Origin: Bacteroidota bacterium
GTDB taxonomy: Bacteria; Bacteroidota; Bacteroidia; Bacteroidales; VadinHA17
Assembly (NCBI GenBank): GCA_011374625.1
Contig: DRPN01000142.1
Location: forward strand, 1-62,509
Reading direction: 5' to 3'
DNA length: 62,509 bases
In this document: in pieces, positions 12,397 through 21,800 of the stretch
How the letters are laid out: every line of letters starts with the position of its first letter
Numbering within the stretch: the first letter of the stretch is position 1
The notes under the pieces: model-generated
Seen by the model: only the letters and a program-made list of their open reading frames with translations
Told to the model about the DNA's origin: nothing
The model's database searches: none
Position numbers and translations under genes: made by a program

Positions 12397-14139
12397 TTAT
12401 TCTGTTACCATATCAGATACGGAGGCTCCTGCCGGAACCATCGGAAATATGTTTTGTTCTTTCATAACTTTTACTTCGAGCAGGAAAGGGCCATCGGTGG
12501 CCAGCATCTCTTCCACAGCACTCTCCAGATCTTCCCGTTTTTCAACATATCTGGAGGCAATGCCATATCCTTCGCTTGCAATTTTTGTAAACTCAGGGTT
12601 AGCCAGCTCGGTGAAGGAATATCTTTTGTCGAAAAACATATCCTGCCATTGCCGTACCATACCCAGGAAAGAATTATTTAGCAGAATCACCTTTACAGGC
12701 AGCTTATGTTGAGCAATGGTTCCCAGTTCCTGGATGGTCATTTGGAAACCGCCGTCGCCGGTAAATCCCAGTACCATTAGATCTGGGCGGGCTACTTTGG
12801 CACCTATGGCTGCAGGCAGTCCGAAGCCCATGGTTCCCAAGCCACCGGAAGTAACAAAGCTGCGGGCTTGTTTAAACTGGTAATTTCTGGCTACCACCAT
12901 CTGGTGCTGGCCTACATCGGTGACAACAATGGCTTGACCGTCAGTCTTATCCGAGATCATGTGTACTACTTCATCCATTTTAATATCTTTCCCTTTGGCT
13001 GAACGGGCCGGCCGGATTACTTTTTCATATTCTTTTTCATATTCTTTGCGGAAGGATTCAACCCATTCTTTGTGATCATTTTCTTTTACCAATGGCAACA
13101 GCTTTGAGAGGGCATCTTTGGCATCAGCCACTATGGCAACATCCGTAGGCACATTTTTTCCGATCTCCGAATGGTCTATTTCGATGTGTATGACTTTCGC
13201 CTGGCTGGCATAGTTGTCCAACCGTCCGGTAATGCGGTCGTCAAAGCGCATTCCTATGGCGATTAATAAATCACATTCGTTGGTTTTAAGATTTGGAGCC
13301 ATGTTTCCGTGCATGCCGGGCATCCCCACATTCAGCGGATGATCAGCCGGAAAAGAAGAAAGCCCAAGCAGTGTGGTGGTCACCGGGATATCCGCCTTGG
13401 TAACCAGATCCATCAGCTCTTTCTCTGCCTTGGAGATCAGAATACCACGTCCTGCGATCAGTAAAGGTTTTTTGGCTTTGTTGATCATATGGGCTGCTTC
13501 TTGCACTTTTTCCATCTGAACTTTCGGATAGGGAAAATAACTGCGTATTTTACGGCACTTTTCGTAATGCCATTTCATCTTTTCAAATTGGGCGTCTTTG
13601 GTGATGTCTATCATTACGGGACCCGGCCGACCGGTAGAGGCTATATAAAAAGCCTTGGCTACAATATCGGGAATTTCCTCTGCCGAGGTGATTTGATAAT
13701 TCCATTTGGTTATAGGCATGGTGATGCCAATGACGTCGGTTTCCTGAAAAGCATCGGTGCCCAAAAGATTTGATGATACCTGGCCGGAGAAACCTACCAA
13801 CGGTACCGAGTCTATCATAGCATTGGTTAAACCGGTGATAAGATTAGTAGCGCCTGGTCCGGAGGTGACCAGTACCACGCCAGTTTTTCCCAGGATCTTG
13901 GCATAACTCTCGGCAGCATGGGCAGCTCCCTGCTCATGCCTTGCCAGAATATGATTGATTCTGTCCCGGTAATCATACAAAGCATCATACACGGGCATGA
14001 TGGCTCCACCAGGATACCCGAAGATAGTATCCACGTTTTCTTTCATCAGTGAAAAGATGAGGGCTTCTGACCCTGTGATTTCCGTGCCTTCTGCCGGAAG
14101 TTCTTTTCTGATCATGTTTTCGTCGTTTGTTTTCATCAT
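12397..14139 (-). CDS. ilvB: Acetolactate synthase large (catalytic) subunit
   Basis: 580 aa ThDP enzyme. Motifs seen: GSEALIFSLMKENVDTIFGYPGGAIMPVYDAL and GLGTMGFGLPAAIGAK ... GDGGFQM. Confidence 0.92.
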   Translation of the reverse strand: MMKTNDENMIRKELPAEGTEITGSEALIFSLMKENVDTIFGYPGGAIMPVYDALYDYRDRINHILARHEQGAAHAAESYAKILGKTGVVLVTSGPGATNLITGLTNAMIDSVPLVGFSGQVSSNLLGTDAFQETDVIGITMPITKWNYQITSAEEIPDIVAKAFYIASTGRPGPVMIDITKDAQFEKMKWHYEKCRKIRSYFPYPKVQMEKVQEAAHMINKAKKPLLIAGRGILISKAEKELMDLVTKADIPVTTTLLGLSSFPADHPLNVGMPGMHGNMAPNLKTNECDLLIAIGMRFDDRITGRLDNYASQAKVIHIEIDHSEIGKNVPTDVAIVADAKDALSKLLPLVKENDHKEWVESFRKEYEKEYEKVIRPARSAKGKDIKMDEVVHMISDKTDGQAIVVTDVGQHQMVVARNYQFKQARSFVTSGGLGTMGFGLPAAIGAKVARPDLMVLGFTGDGGFQMTIQELGTIAQHKLPVKVILLNNSFLGMVRQWQDMFFDKRYSFTELANPEFTKIASEGYGIASRYVEKREDLESAVEEMLATDGPFLLEVKVMKEQNIFPMVPAGASVSDMVTE

Positions 14140-14162
14140 TGGGAAGATTTATCGGGATAAAG

Positions 14163-15995
14163 TTAATTGTTGATTTGCCGGATGGCGCCTTTGTCAGCCG
14201 AGGTGACCAATTGTGCATATGCCTGCAGGGAAACCGGGATTTTGCGGTTTCGTGTGGATGGGCTATAAGCCTTTTTCCCTCTCTTCACTTCTTCTTCTCT
14301 GCGTGCTGCAAATTCTTCTTCGGATAAGCGGACATTGATGCTTCTTTCAGGGATGTTGATGTCAATGATGTCTCCGTCTTTGAGAAGGGCAATCTCTCCG
14401 CCGGCAGCTGCTTCGGGAGATATATGACCTATGGAGAGTCCGGCAGTGCCCCCCGAAAACCGTCCGTCGGTGATCAGGGCACATGACTTGTCCAGTTTCA
14501 TGGACTTGATGTATGATGTGGGATAAAGCATCTCCTGCATTCCTGGGCCTCCCCTGGGGCCTTCGTAACGAATGATTACCACATCTCCCGGTTCAAGCTC
14601 ATTGCCCAGGATAGCATCGCATGCCGCTTCCTGCGATTCATAAACACGGGCTTTCCCGCTGAAAGTATAAAGCGATTCATCCACTCCGGCTGTCTTGACA
14701 ATACAGCCGTCACGGGCTATGTTCCCAAACAGGACAGCCAGACCGCCTTCTTTGTTGTAAGCGTGTTCATAGTTCCGTATACAGCCCTTCTCACGGTCTG
14801 CGTCCAGCTTGTCATAGTAATTTTCCTGCGATCCCAGCTCCAGGTTATGGAACATGCCGGGCGCACTGGCGAATATTTTTTTGGCATAACCGGTAACGGA
14901 AGGACGCATAATGTCAAAGTCGTTGAGGGCTTCCTCAAGTTTGGGATAATCAACTCTTTTTGCCGAATGATCGATCAGTCCCAATCGGTCCAATTCTCCC
15001 ATGATCGAGAGAATACCTCCGGCCCTGTTGACATCCTGCACATGATATTGTGAACTGGGTGCTACCTTGCACAGATTAGGAATCCGTCGCGACAGGTCAT
15101 CAATGTCTTTCATGGTGAAATTCACGCCTGCCTCATGGGCGATGGCCAGCAGGTGCAGGACGGTATTGGTGGATCCGCCCATGGCTATGTCCAGTGACAT
15201 GGCATTCAGGAAGGCTTTACGGGTAGCGATGTTGCGGGGCAGGACAGAGGTGTCTCCTTCTTCATAATATTTCTTGGTGTTCTCAATAATCAAATCGACG
15301 GCTTTATCGAACAGGGTGAGCCGGTTTTTATGGGTAGCCACAATGGTCCCGTTTCCGGGGAGGGCAATTCCCAGTGCTTCAGCCAGGCAGTTCATGGAAT
15401 TGGCGGTGAACATCCCCGAGCAGGAACCGCAGGTAGGACACGCATTGCGCTCTACCTCCAGCAGCATTTGATCGCTTATCTCGGGGTCGCCGGCCATGAT
15501 CATGGTATCTACCAGATCATACATCTTTTCTTCCACAACACCTGCCTCCATTGGTCCTCCGGATACGAAAATCGTGGGGATATTGAGTCGCATGGCGGCC
15601 ATCATCATACCCGGTGTGATCTTATCACAGTTGGAAATACAAATCATGGCATCGGCCATATGCGCATTGATTACATATTCTACACTGTCGGCAATCAGAT
15701 CGCGGGAAGGTAGTGAATAAAGCATGCCTTGGTGCCCCATGGCGATGCCGTCGTCAATAGCTATTGTATTGAACTCGGCAGCAAAATACCCCCGGGCTTC
15801 TATCTTTTTTTTCAATTCCTGACCAATGCTGTGTAAATGAACATGTCCCGGTACAAACTGGGAAAATGAATTTACGATAGCAAAAATCGGACGACCGAAA
15901 TGAAATTCTTTCATTCCATTGGCCCGCCAAAGGCTGCGGGCTCCTGCCATAACCCGACCCTGGGTAGTGGTATTGCTTCGAAGCGGTATTTTCAT
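14163..15995 (-). CDS. ilvD: Dihydroxy-acid dehydratase
   Basis: 610 aa IlvD/Edd family. Motifs seen: [40 protein letters not shown]. It is the first gene of the operon. Confidence 0.93.
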   Translation of the reverse strand: MKIPLRSNTTTQGRVMAGARSLWRANGMKEFHFGRPIFAIVNSFSQFVPGHVHLHSIGQELKKKIEARGYFAAEFNTIAIDDGIAMGHQGMLYSLPSRDLIADSVEYVINAHMADAMICISNCDKITPGMMMAAMRLNIPTIFVSGGPMEAGVVEEKMYDLVDTMIMAGDPEISDQMLLEVERNACPTCGSCSGMFTANSMNCLAEALGIALPGNGTIVATHKNRLTLFDKAVDLIIENTKKYYEEGDTSVLPRNIATRKAFLNAMSLDIAMGGSTNTVLHLLAIAHEAGVNFTMKDIDDLSRRIPNLCKVAPSSQYHVQDVNRAGGILSIMGELDRLGLIDHSAKRVDYPKLEEALNDFDIMRPSVTGYAKKIFASAPGMFHNLELGSQENYYDKLDADREKGCIRNYEHAYNKEGGLAVLFGNIARDGCIVKTAGVDESLYTFSGKARVYESQEAACDAILGNELEPGDVVIIRYEGPRGGPGMQEMLYPTSYIKSMKLDKSCALITDGRFSGGTAGLSIGHISPEAAAGGEIALLKDGDIIDINIPERSINVRLSEEEFAARREEEVKRGKKAYSPSTRNRKIPVSLQAYAQLVTSADKGAIRQINN

Positions 15996-16035
15996 ATTTT
16001 TTTTATTTATAATTACACACTCAACTTATTTCCAT

Positions 16036-16068
16036 AAAAAAGAACCGTTCCCAAGGTGAGAACGGTTC
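16036..16068 (-). terminator. Intrinsic terminator of the ilv-leu attenuator
   Basis: The minus-strand RNA reads GAACCGUUC-ucaccuugg-GAACGGUUC: a 9-bp perfect stem, a 9-nt loop, then UUUUUU. It sits 40 nt upstream of the ilvD ATG. Confidence 0.75.
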
Positions 16069-16094
16069 GTATATAGATTTATACCATTCTCACC

Positions 16095-16148
16095 TCATCC
16101 TCTGTGCAGGATAAGAATGGAAAGAATGATATTTACAATCGAAAGCAT
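16095..16148 (-). CDS. ilv-leu leader peptide (17 codons: MLSIVNIILSILILHRG)
   Basis: ATG at 16148-16146, TGA at 16097-16095. 10 of 17 residues are Ile (5), Leu (4) or Val (1). It lies between a promoter-like element and the terminator hairpin. It is too short to appear in the ORF track. Confidence 0.7.
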   Translation of the reverse strand: MLSIVNIILSILILHRG

Positions 16149-16170
16149 CTTTTTTAACTTTTTGTGAGAA

Positions 16171-16201
16171 CAAAAGTATATATCCTATTTTTATGAACAA
16201 A
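16171..16201 (-). promoter_or_regulatory. Bacteroidota-type promoter (TTTG-N19-TACTTTTG) for the ilv-leu leader
   Basis: On the minus strand, TTTG lies at 16201-16198 and TACTTTTG at 16178-16171, matching the TAnnTTTG -7 consensus. The leader ATG is 22 nt downstream. Confidence 0.55.
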
Positions 16202-16533
16202 TTTTTTTACGACTTTTTTATGCTGTCCAACATATTAATTTTTAAAACAACTGAGGATCAACCTGGTAAATATTTGTATAAAAAGGCATAATAGATGGAT
16301 ATCGGCGGATAAAAAAGTGATTTTACCATAAAATTGACATCAAATGATATATTTATCAATCCATTTTCTTTTAACCATATCGATTCTTTTTTCTATATTC
16401 TATAAAAGCATTTATTACGTGAACCTTTTTCTCCTAATTGCTTTAATGTCGCTGATGTGATGTTCTCTTTTATTGCTTTGTAAAATTTCAACAATACTTT
16501 TATCAACCAATCCCTGCTTATGATTGATATCCA

Positions 16534-16860
16534 TTATATCCTGTTTAGTCCGTATATCAACACCAGTGTAATGGTAAGCATCACCTGATTAATCCAAGAC
16601 TTCCCCGAGTAATACCACTTGGATGAGAAGGTGCTACTGATCACCTTTATTATGATTTGACGGTTTACCCCGTTAAATAATAACTTTGCTAAGTCGGAGA
16701 CTGATTTAACGGGGTAAATATATTTCGCAACGCTATTCAGTCCGGAATATATTATGTTACTGCCTGGAAATGTTGAGATGAACGAATACAAAACCAAACT
16801 TGCTTGAGTTTTGCTGAAAGAAAGATGCAACATCAACTTGTTGAAATGAAGTCTTAACAA
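16534..16860 (-). CDS. Doubtful hypothetical ORF (108 aa) in the AT-rich island
   Basis: TTG start and low-complexity sequence. A perfect 15-bp inverted repeat sits inside it (16664-16718). Its stop overlaps (TAATG) the ATG of a further 39-codon ORF. I recognise no family. It is probably non-coding or a remnant. Confidence 0.2.
   Translation of the reverse strand: MLRLHFNKLMLHLSFSKTQASLVLYSFISTFPGSNIIYSGLNSVAKYIYPVKSVSDLAKLLFNGVNRQIIIKVISSTFSSKWYYSGKSWINQVMLTITLVLIYGLNRI
16664..16718. repeat. Perfect 15-bp inverted repeat with 25-nt spacer
   Basis: TTTACCCCGTTAAAT (16664-16678) is the exact reverse complement of ATTTAACGGGGTAAA (16704-16718). Confidence 0.9.
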
Positions 16861-16898
16861 TTATTGATTGATTCTTTAGATTTTTATTCGTATTTTTC

Positions 16899-16925
16899 AT
16901 CCGCCAGCTGGCGGATAGTTTTTGT
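16899..16925 (+). terminator. Orphan GC-rich palindrome followed by a T-run (terminator-like)
   Basis: ATCCGCCAGCTGGCGGAT (16899-16916) is a perfect 18-nt palindrome, followed by AGTTTTTGTT. No plus-strand gene ends upstream of it. Confidence 0.4.
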
Positions 16926-17007
16926 TATTATTCTTTTCTTTAACATCTTAAAGATAAACAAAATGCATCACTGTCGTGAGTTTTTATTTAACATTTTTAA
17001 GAAAATT

Positions 17008-17212
17008 ATGAAGGTTTCAGAAGATTTATTGAAGTTTGCAGATGGTATTAATTTTTCCACAGTGGTTGCTGGTCCACCTTGGCAATTTAAAAACAGAACA
17101 TGGAAAGTTGCCTCTGAACATAAGAGACACTTCCAGTACCCGGCGATGATATTAGGGGGAAATTAAGGAACTTCCGGTTGATAAAATTGTTGCGGAACCC
17201 TTACCAAATATT
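17008..17212 (+). pseudogene. Remnant of an MT-A70-family N6-adenine DNA methyltransferase (frameshifted and truncated)
   Basis: It reads MKVSEDLLKFADGINFSTVVAGPPWQFKNRTWKVASEHKRHFQYPAM. GPPW replaces the catalytic DPPW. A stop follows, and EIKELPVDKIVAEPLPNI continues in another frame. The rest of the enzyme is missing. Confidence 0.55.
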
Positions 17213-17254
17213 TAACAGGACTTTGTATGTTAATAATTTATATTTACCAGATAT

Positions 17255-17626
17255 ATGCAAATCGAAGTATCCAACGGCGAGATCATTGACAAGCTGACCA
17301 TCCTGGAGATCAAGCTTGAAAAAATAGAAGATCCTGAAAAGCGCCGCAACATTGAAAAGGAGTATTTACTCCTGAGTAAAGCGGCTGCCGGCATTCTTTC
17401 CAAAGACGATCCCCTTTATCATCAACTCAAAGATGTCAATATGCAGTTGTGGGATATCGAAGACCGGATCAGGGACTTGGAAAGAAACAAGAATTTTGGA
17501 GAAGAATTTATCAGGACGGCCCGCTCGGTTTACCAGCAGAATGATTTGCGTGCCGACCTGAAACGCCGCATCAATGAAAAAACTGGTTCGGGACTGATGG
17601 AAGAGAAATCCTATAAACCTTACTGA
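17255..17626 (+). CDS. DUF6165-like small coiled-coil protein
   Basis: 123 aa. The sequence MQIEVSNGEIIDKLTILEIKLEKIEDPEKRRNIEKEY matches my memory of the DUF6165 family, usually found next to GT9 genes. There is a 2-nt gap to the next gene. Confidence 0.6.
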   Translation: MQIEVSNGEIIDKLTILEIKLEKIEDPEKRRNIEKEYLLLSKAAAGILSKDDPLYHQLKDVNMQLWDIEDRIRDLERNKNFGEEFIRTARSVYQQNDLRADLKRRINEKTGSGLMEEKSYKPY

Positions 17627-17628
17627 CC

Positions 17629-18639
17629 ATGAGGCTGCTGGTATTCCGCCTGTCAGCCATGGGGGATGTGGCCCTGACCGTCCCGGCCCTGCGGGCAGTG
17701 TTGGAGGCCAACCCCGGCCTGCATATCTCTTTCATAACCCGCAATACCTTTGCTCCTTTTTTTGAAGACATCCCCCGTTTTACACTGATCTCTCCTGATT
17801 TGAGCCAATACAAAGGTTTTACCGGCCTGTACCGCTTGTTTCGAAAACTACGGAAAGAAACCGATACCGATGCAGTGGCCGACCTGCACGATGTATTGCG
17901 TACCAAAGTGCTGCGATGCTTCTTCAGATTTGCGGGAATACCGGTATATAAGATTGACAAGGGACGCAGCGAAAAACGAATGTTGATAAAAGGTAAGCTG
18001 TTCCGGCCGCTGAAACATTCGATAGAGCGCTATCTGGACGTGTTCCGGCAGGCTGGACTCCGGACTCTGCCCCCAGGGCCGGGACCACATATTCATGTCC
18101 CGGAAGTGTGGAAAAGTTCTTTGCCGGTGCCGACTCCTGAAGGACTTAAGGTTGGCATTGCCCCCTGTTCTCGCCACATTTTGAAGACCTGGCCCCATGA
18201 CGGGATGATCCGGTTGATGAAAATGATACGGGAAGAGAAAAAAAAGGTAACATTTTATCTGTTTGGCGGGCCCGAAGATAGAGAGGTACTTGAAAAGATT
18301 GCTGAGGCTGTCGGGGGAAATGTTTACCTGAACCTTTCTATGTCATTGCGGAAGCAATTGGTTTTAATGCAGCAAATGCATTGGGTTATTTCCATGGATT
18401 CTGCCAATATGCACCTGGCTGCCTTGCTGGGAGTGCCGGTGATTTCTATTTGGGGAGCTACGCACCCGTATTCAGGTTTTGCCCCGTGGGGCGCCGATGA
18501 AAAATGGCAGGTGCAGATACCGAAAGAAGAGCTGCCTTGCCGGCCCTGTACCGTCTATGGCAAAGGACGCTGCCGTCGTGGAGATCTGGCCTGTCTGAAC
18601 CGGATCACACCGGAGAGAATCATGGCAACGATGGTATAG
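17629..18639 (+). CDS. Glycosyltransferase family 9 (LPS heptosyltransferase-like)
   Basis: 336 aa. The N-terminus MRLLVFRLSAMGDVALTVPALRAV and the DSANMHLAALLGVPVISIWGATHP motif are typical of RfaF/RfaC-type GT9 enzymes. Confidence 0.8.
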   Translation: MRLLVFRLSAMGDVALTVPALRAVLEANPGLHISFITRNTFAPFFEDIPRFTLISPDLSQYKGFTGLYRLFRKLRKETDTDAVADLHDVLRTKVLRCFFRFAGIPVYKIDKGRSEKRMLIKGKLFRPLKHSIERYLDVFRQAGLRTLPPGPGPHIHVPEVWKSSLPVPTPEGLKVGIAPCSRHILKTWPHDGMIRLMKMIREEKKKVTFYLFGGPEDREVLEKIAEAVGGNVYLNLSMSLRKQLVLMQQMHWVISMDSANMHLAALLGVPVISIWGATHPYSGFAPWGADEKWQVQIPKEELPCRPCTVYGKGRCRRGDLACLNRITPERIMATMV

Positions 18640-18722
18640 GTGCTGAGGGAATAAGGGTTCGTACAAAAAATCAAAATTTCCGGGGAAGAGACCAGTTTTA
18701 TTGAGATCATTGTTTCTAAACA

Positions 18723-18745
18723 GTCGTATGTTGCAAACATACGAC
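18723..18745. terminator. Hairpin between convergent GT9 and ccsBA genes
   Basis: GTCGTATGT-tgcaa-ACATACGAC gives a 9-bp perfect stem with a 5-nt loop. There is no clear U-tract on either strand. Confidence 0.4.
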
Positions 18746-18838
18746 ATATTCCATTACCTTACTACTCATATCCTGCGCAAAAATCCTTCTACTCACTTTC
18801 TTTCAATCGGAAAGATTCTTCGGGGCTTCTCTGCCCGG

Positions 18839-21800
18839 CTAACGCTGTTCCTGCCTTTCTGCCTGTCCCGGGGTACTGCTTTTTCTCCAGGCAAGCAGGA
18901 TAACGGTGACCAATAATCCCAAAAAGATATAGACGCCAACAGGTATAGGTTGGGCCTCTCCCGCAGCATAGGAATGAAGGCCGGAGAGGTAGTAATTGAC
19001 GCCGAAATAGGTCATAATGACTGAGAAAAAGGCCAGTACTGATGCCAGGTTGAAAGCAAATTCTCCCCGCAGGCCGGGGATCAGCCGCATATGCAGGACA
19101 AAGACATAAACCAGTCCTGTGACCAGTGCCCAGGTCTCTTTGGGATCCCATCCCCAGTAACGGCCCCACGACTCATTGGCCCATACCCCTCCCAGAAAAG
19201 TGCCGATAAAGATAAAATAAGACCCCAGCATCAACGTCATCTCATTGATACGTGTCAGGGTGGTGATGGTTTGATCTATATGTTCTTTGTTTTTGTTGTT
19301 TCTGACGATCATCAGTACCAGATTAAAAAGACCCAACACCATGCCCATGCCTACAAAACCATAGCTGGCAGTGATGACAGATACATGGATAGTGAGCCAA
19401 TAAGATTTTAATACCGGTACCAGGTTGGTGATCTCCGGACTCATCCAGCTAAGGTGGGCAACGAAAAGTGTCAATGCAGCCAGGATCCCTCCTGCTGCCA
19501 GGGCAAAGGGGGATTTACGGACAAACAGAATACCTGCCAACATGGTAGCCCATGCGATGTAGATCATCGATTCATAACCGTTGCTCCAGGGTGCATGACC
19601 CGAAATATACCATCGCAGGATGAGCCCAATGGTGTGGAAAGCAAACCCTATGCCGATAAGTATCACAGAAACCCGGATAACGGGTTTTATTTTTAAGGCA
19701 GGGATCAGGATGTGAATGAACAACAGAACAAGAAGGACAAATCCCAAAAATCCGTATGCCATTGAAACTTTTTCAAAGAGGCCCGCTTTATTATAAAGTA
19801 TCTCCATTTTTATCTTTCCGGAAGAAGGAATCAGTTCGGAAGCCCTGGTGAGCTGATAATTCTTAATGCCATCAATGACACGCAGAACCTTCTCATCCGC
19901 ATTTCCTTCGTGCATACAGGTAAACAAAAGCTGTATGGTGCTGGTTACGAATACGGAATCTTCTCCGGAAACATGCTCCGGGATTTCGAAAGGAGAGTAC
20001 CAGCGGTTGTCGGGATCACCGGGGGCAGGAAACAAGCGCAACATCTTCCCCGTGTAAACAAGATAACAGATATTCAGTCTTTCATCTGTTTTGATAATAT
20101 CCTGATCTACTTTGCTTCGTCTGCCCGGATCTTTCCGGTAGGCTCTTTGCACTGCTTCCGAAAGAATATAGGTGTTATTATGTGCTGTATCAAAAAAGTC
20201 CATGAAAGAGGCAAAGGAGCCGTGCATGCCGATCATTTTTTTTATCTGGTCGTTGGACACACGGATCATCGGAATTTTCTGCCACTTGCGGGGATAAAAA
20301 AACATACTCAATACTACACGTTCCGGAGATATCCTTTTAATGGTAGATTTATATGCTACTTTCCGTACAATTTCCGAAGCCAGAGTCTGGAAAGGCTTGA
20401 TGCGTCCTCCCTGATCCTGTACCAGCACGTCACGGAATGCAACAGCCATAGATTCGGGGACGGTTCTTATCGGAGAATTTCCGGTTTCTACCTGAGCCTG
20501 AGATTCGGAGATGCCGTTTAACAGGATGATAAGCCCTATGACAGAAGCGATCTTTTTAGGTAAACCTGATAAATCAATAGAACGCCCGAGAGTCATAAAG
20601 CGACTGTTTTTATTGAAAATGGAAAGTAACATGCCAAGGGTCATTAGAAAATAACCGATATAAGTAAGCGTAGTCCCCAGGGCATCGTGATTGACAGACA
20701 AAATTGTGCCTTTTTCATCCCGGTCATAAGAAGACTGAAAAAAACGATATCCCCGGTAATTCAATACATGATTCATATATATACGGAAAGGCTTTTTTAC
20801 TCCTTTCCCGGGATCAATCAGAATTACTTCACTTGCATAGGAAGAGGGACTGTTGGATCCCGGATAACGTTGTAGTTGAAAATCATTTAGATGAAGATGG
20901 AACGGGAGGGAGATTACGCGAGCTCCGTAATGAATATGGAACAATGTGGTTTCAACAGTTATTTTCGTAGGAAAACCTAGTTGGCCTTGCCGTCCCTTGA
21001 CAAAAAACGTTTTCCCGGTATTGTCTCCGTCAATTTTCATCTCCAGAACATCAGCAGATGCGGAATTAATCGTATGCCCGGGGATATAGGAGACTTTTCC
21101 TTTCGGTTGAAAGGCGGAAGGGACGATTTGCAGAGGTCCCGACCGGTAAATATTTCGCAGCGAGACATTTGTTGTAGTCCCGGCAGCAATTGTGTCCTGA
21201 CGATTCGTCCTCATATCGGTATGAATAATGTCAAGTCTGGAAAATAGTTGAAGTTTTCCGTTTCTGTAAAAAAAGGAAAGATCAGGGACCGGATTGTTGT
21301 TCCCAAATCCTATAAGTATTCCCGATAACCGGAGTGTATCTCCTTCCTGAAGGTAATGATCTTGCCGGTTGTGCATGTTGAGAATCACCAGTTTCAATAC
21401 CGGTTTGCCTGCCGGATCGGGCAGCAGGGTCGCTTGTGCTGAAGGCAGAAATTTTACAAGCCTTAGTGTATAATTTTTACCGCCCAGGGAAATGTGTTTT
21501 TTGAATCTGTTTTTCCTGCCCGGGGTCAATAATACTTTCTTTTGAAATGAAACGGTAGTTTTTCCGTTTTCTGCCGTCCCGTATATCCAGGTGTCGGCAG
21601 TGAGCAGAGTGGAAGCATTTTCCCCTTCACGGATATGCATGGTTCCTTTATAGCTGATGTAACGGGTAACAGCAGCGCCCAGAAAAATAAAGACAAAAGC
21701 GATATGGAAAAGAAAGATGGTCCATTTTTTCTTTCGGTAAACCTTGTATATAAACATGTTGGCAGTAAGATTAACCACGATTAGCAGGATGACCAGTTTG

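Larger units (their letters stand above)
16036..16148 (-). promoter_or_regulatory. Ribosome-mediated transcription attenuator (segments 1-4) controlling ilvD..leuB
   Basis: Read on the minus strand. Segment 1 is CCAUUCUUAUCCU (leader codons 10-14). It can pair with segment 2, AGGAU..GGUGAGAAUGG, which spans the stop codon. Segment 2 (GGUGAGAAUGGU) pairs 12/12 with segment 3 (ACCGUUCUCACC), including one G-U pair. Segment 3 overlaps the left arm of the terminator, which pairs with segment 4. The three pairings are mutually exclusive. Confidence 0.7.

Noticed and set aside
19910-20521. 203-aa plus-strand ORF.
   Set aside because: It is antisense to ccsBA and is a shadow ORF.
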